Part shown: one piece after another, positions 35,712-37,050 of the stretch
How positions within the stretch are numbered: position 1 is the stretch's first letter
Layout: the number at the start of each line of letters is the position of its first letter
NCBI GenBank assembly: GCA_018060635.1
Contig: JAGOVR010000001.1
Coordinates: 1-37,050 of the forward strand
Direction: 5' to 3'
Source of the DNA: Bacteriovoracaceae bacterium
Lineage (GTDB): Bacteria > Bdellovibrionota > Bacteriovoracia > Bacteriovoracales > Bacteriovoracaceae
DNA: 37,050 bases
Program-made: the position numbers and the translations under genes
The notes under the pieces: model-generated
The model's database searches: none
Told to the model about the DNA's origin: nothing
The model's input: the letters and a program-made list of their open reading frames with translations, nothing else

Positions 35712-37050
35712 CTACTTAATCTTTCTTTTAGGCTTAGTCTTTTCTTTATCCTTATCTTTATCACTGTTAGTTCTAAAAATAAGATGGATAGGAGTATTTT
35801 CTAAATCAAAAAAGCTACGTAAACCATTCAGAAGATAACGCCTGTAATGCTCAGGAATATCTTTAGATCTGTTGGTAAAAAGAAGAATAGTGGGAGGAGC
35901 ACTTCTAATCATAGAGGCATACTTCACTTTAAACTGCGTTTGCCCTTTAAAGGTGAGTGGATGTTTTTCCACAATTTCTGTGAGTGCCATATTCATTTGC
36001 GAAGTTCCAATATTCACCTTGCGAGAAAGAAGCGTTTTTACAATAGAATTTTGCAATTCTTTCAGCCCTTGTTTGTGCTTAGCTGACAAGAGAATAGGCT
36101 TACAAAAATCCCATGGAATTTGCTCTTTTAAATCCAGGAGCCACTCTTTTTTCTTTTTACTATCGCGAAGTGTTTCAGACATCAAATCTGTCTTATTAAA
36201 AATAATAATAACCGATCTTCCTTTTTCCAAAATCATTTCACAAAGCCTACGATCCTGATGAGTCATACCCTTGGTAGCATCTGCTAGATAAAGAATAATA
36301 TCGGCTTCTTCCATGGTTTTAAGGGCGCGATAAACTGATTGTAATTCTAGCTCATCTGTCACCACACTTTTCTTACGAATTCCTGCAGTATCAATAAGAC
36401 GTAAGCTATAAGTTCCTTTAAGTTTAGGATCCCCAATCTCAAAGGTAACATATCCTGTGACAGGATCGACTGTGGTTCCCGCCATGGGACTTACAAGGGA
36501 TCTTTCACTGCCTAAAAGCCAATTAAGGAAAGTAGATTTTCCTACGTTCGGGGCCCCTAAAATAGCGAAAGTTCCTAAAACTTCATGCTGTGGTAAAACA
36601 GGAATATGCTGGACTTTAGATTCTTGAGACTCTTTATTTTTTTGCTGAAAATCTAAAATAAAGCGCTGTAATTCTCTTCTTAACTCTCCAACTCCCCTGC
36701 CGTGTGCCGCTGATATTTTAAAAAAAAGATCTTCGGAAAAACCTAATTTAAAAAAATCACTGTCCAAACTTTCCTGCGACTCTGTATCGCTTTTATTAAG
36801 AAGAATTCTAAAATCTTTTTTTTCTTGCCTTAAAAATTTTACAATTTGCTCATCAAAAGGAGAAAGTCCTTCTCTAATATCCATCACAAGTAAAACGAGA
36901 TCTGATTCTTGTACCGCTAACTTGCCTTGTGTTGTCATCACATTAAAAAGATCCGTCATATTAAGAGGAGGAGCATCGTTATCAAGATTTTCTTTTTTAT
37001 TTTTACTTTTTGTTTCAATTAACTTCTCAGGATAAAATCCCCCTGTATCT
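35712..37050 (-). CDS. der: ribosome-associated GTPase Der (EngA), N-terminus beyond the right edge
   Basis: The second G domain has GAPNVGKST, DTAG and NKTD, followed by a KH-like C-terminal domain. My translation upstream of the track start shows the frame stays open to the edge and contains the first-domain G3 motif DTGG; NKSD is the first-domain G4. Confidence 0.93.
   Translation of the reverse strand, partial: DTGGFYPEKLIETKSKNKKENLDNDAPPLNMTDLFNVMTTQGKLAVQESDLVLLVMDIREGLSPFDEQIVKFLRQEKKDFRILLNKSDTESQESLDSDFFKLGFSEDLFFKISAAHGRGVGELRRELQRFILDFQQKNKESQESKVQHIPVLPQHEVLGTFAILGAPNVGKSTFLNWLLGSERSLVSPMAGTTVDPVTGYVTFEIGDPKLKGTYSLRLIDTAGIRKKSVVTDELELQSVYRALKTMEEADIILYLADATKGMTHQDRRLCEMILEKGRSVIIIFNKTDLMSETLRDSKKKKEWLLDLKEQIPWDFCKPILLSAKHKQGLKELQNSIVKTLLSRKVNIGTSQMNMALTEIVEKHPLTFKGQTQFKVKYASMIRSAPPTILLFTNRSKDIPEHYRRYLLNGLRSFFDLENTPIHLIFRTNSDKDKDKEKTKPKRKIK

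Noticed and set aside
35847-36258. Two overlapping plus-strand ORFs (79 and 128 aa) inside der.
   Set aside because: These are antisense shadow ORFs of der.
1-37050. CRISPR arrays, IS elements or transposases, integrases, prophage genes, tRNA or rRNA genes.
   Set aside because: There are no regularly spaced direct repeats, no transposase or integrase-like ORFs and no tRNA-like cloverleaf candidates in the intergenic regions. The only long repeats are the intragenic propeller units and the lipoprotein paralog core.

Overview
37 kb chromosomal window from a low-GC diderm bacterium: it has BamB, an outer-membrane beta-barrel protein and many lipoboxes, and most genes have clear Shine-Dalgarno sites. 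The taxon cannot be fixed from sequence alone. The ffh-rpsP-KH-rimM-trmD-SPOUT-rplS / rnhB-yraN layout is the type I associate with delta-proteobacterial or Bdellovibrio-like genomes. Positions 1-8.4 kb are housekeeping: rsmI (partial), a STAS protein, then one tightly overlapped minus-strand operon (HAD hydrolase-ffh-rpsP-KH-rimM-trmD-SPOUT methyltransferase-rplS, terminator, rnhB-yraN) and a divergent dus gene. Positions 8.4-32.4 kb look accessory and are dominated by exported proteins of unknown function. This stretch holds an orphan four-helix-bundle (23S-IVS/Avd-family) gene behind an SD-sequestering hairpin, a 659-aa secreted protein and a 1670-aa Cys-rich lipoprotein. It also holds a ZnuABC-like transporter plus thioesterase, an unannotated 20-codon poly-Lys sORF, and a 1048-aa signal-peptide protein with a permuted PEP-utilising swivel and ATP-grasp architecture. 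Further along are nrdJ with NrdR-like boxes, a 7-repeat propeller protein with a T9SS-type C-terminal sorting domain, a secreted transglutaminase-like/TPR protein, and two tandem mosaic lipoprotein paralogs. Positions 32.5-37 kb return to core envelope and ribosome genes: EVE-domain protein, bamB, a yfgM-like gene, an OM beta-barrel protein and der (partial). I saw no rRNA, tRNA, CRISPR array, transposase, integrase or recognisable defence genes. The best candidates for something new are the secreted permuted PpsA-like protein, the mosaic lipoprotein pair, the poly-Lys sORF and the structured element in front of the four-helix-bundle gene. All domain calls come from motif recognition by eye and need HMM or structure confirmation.
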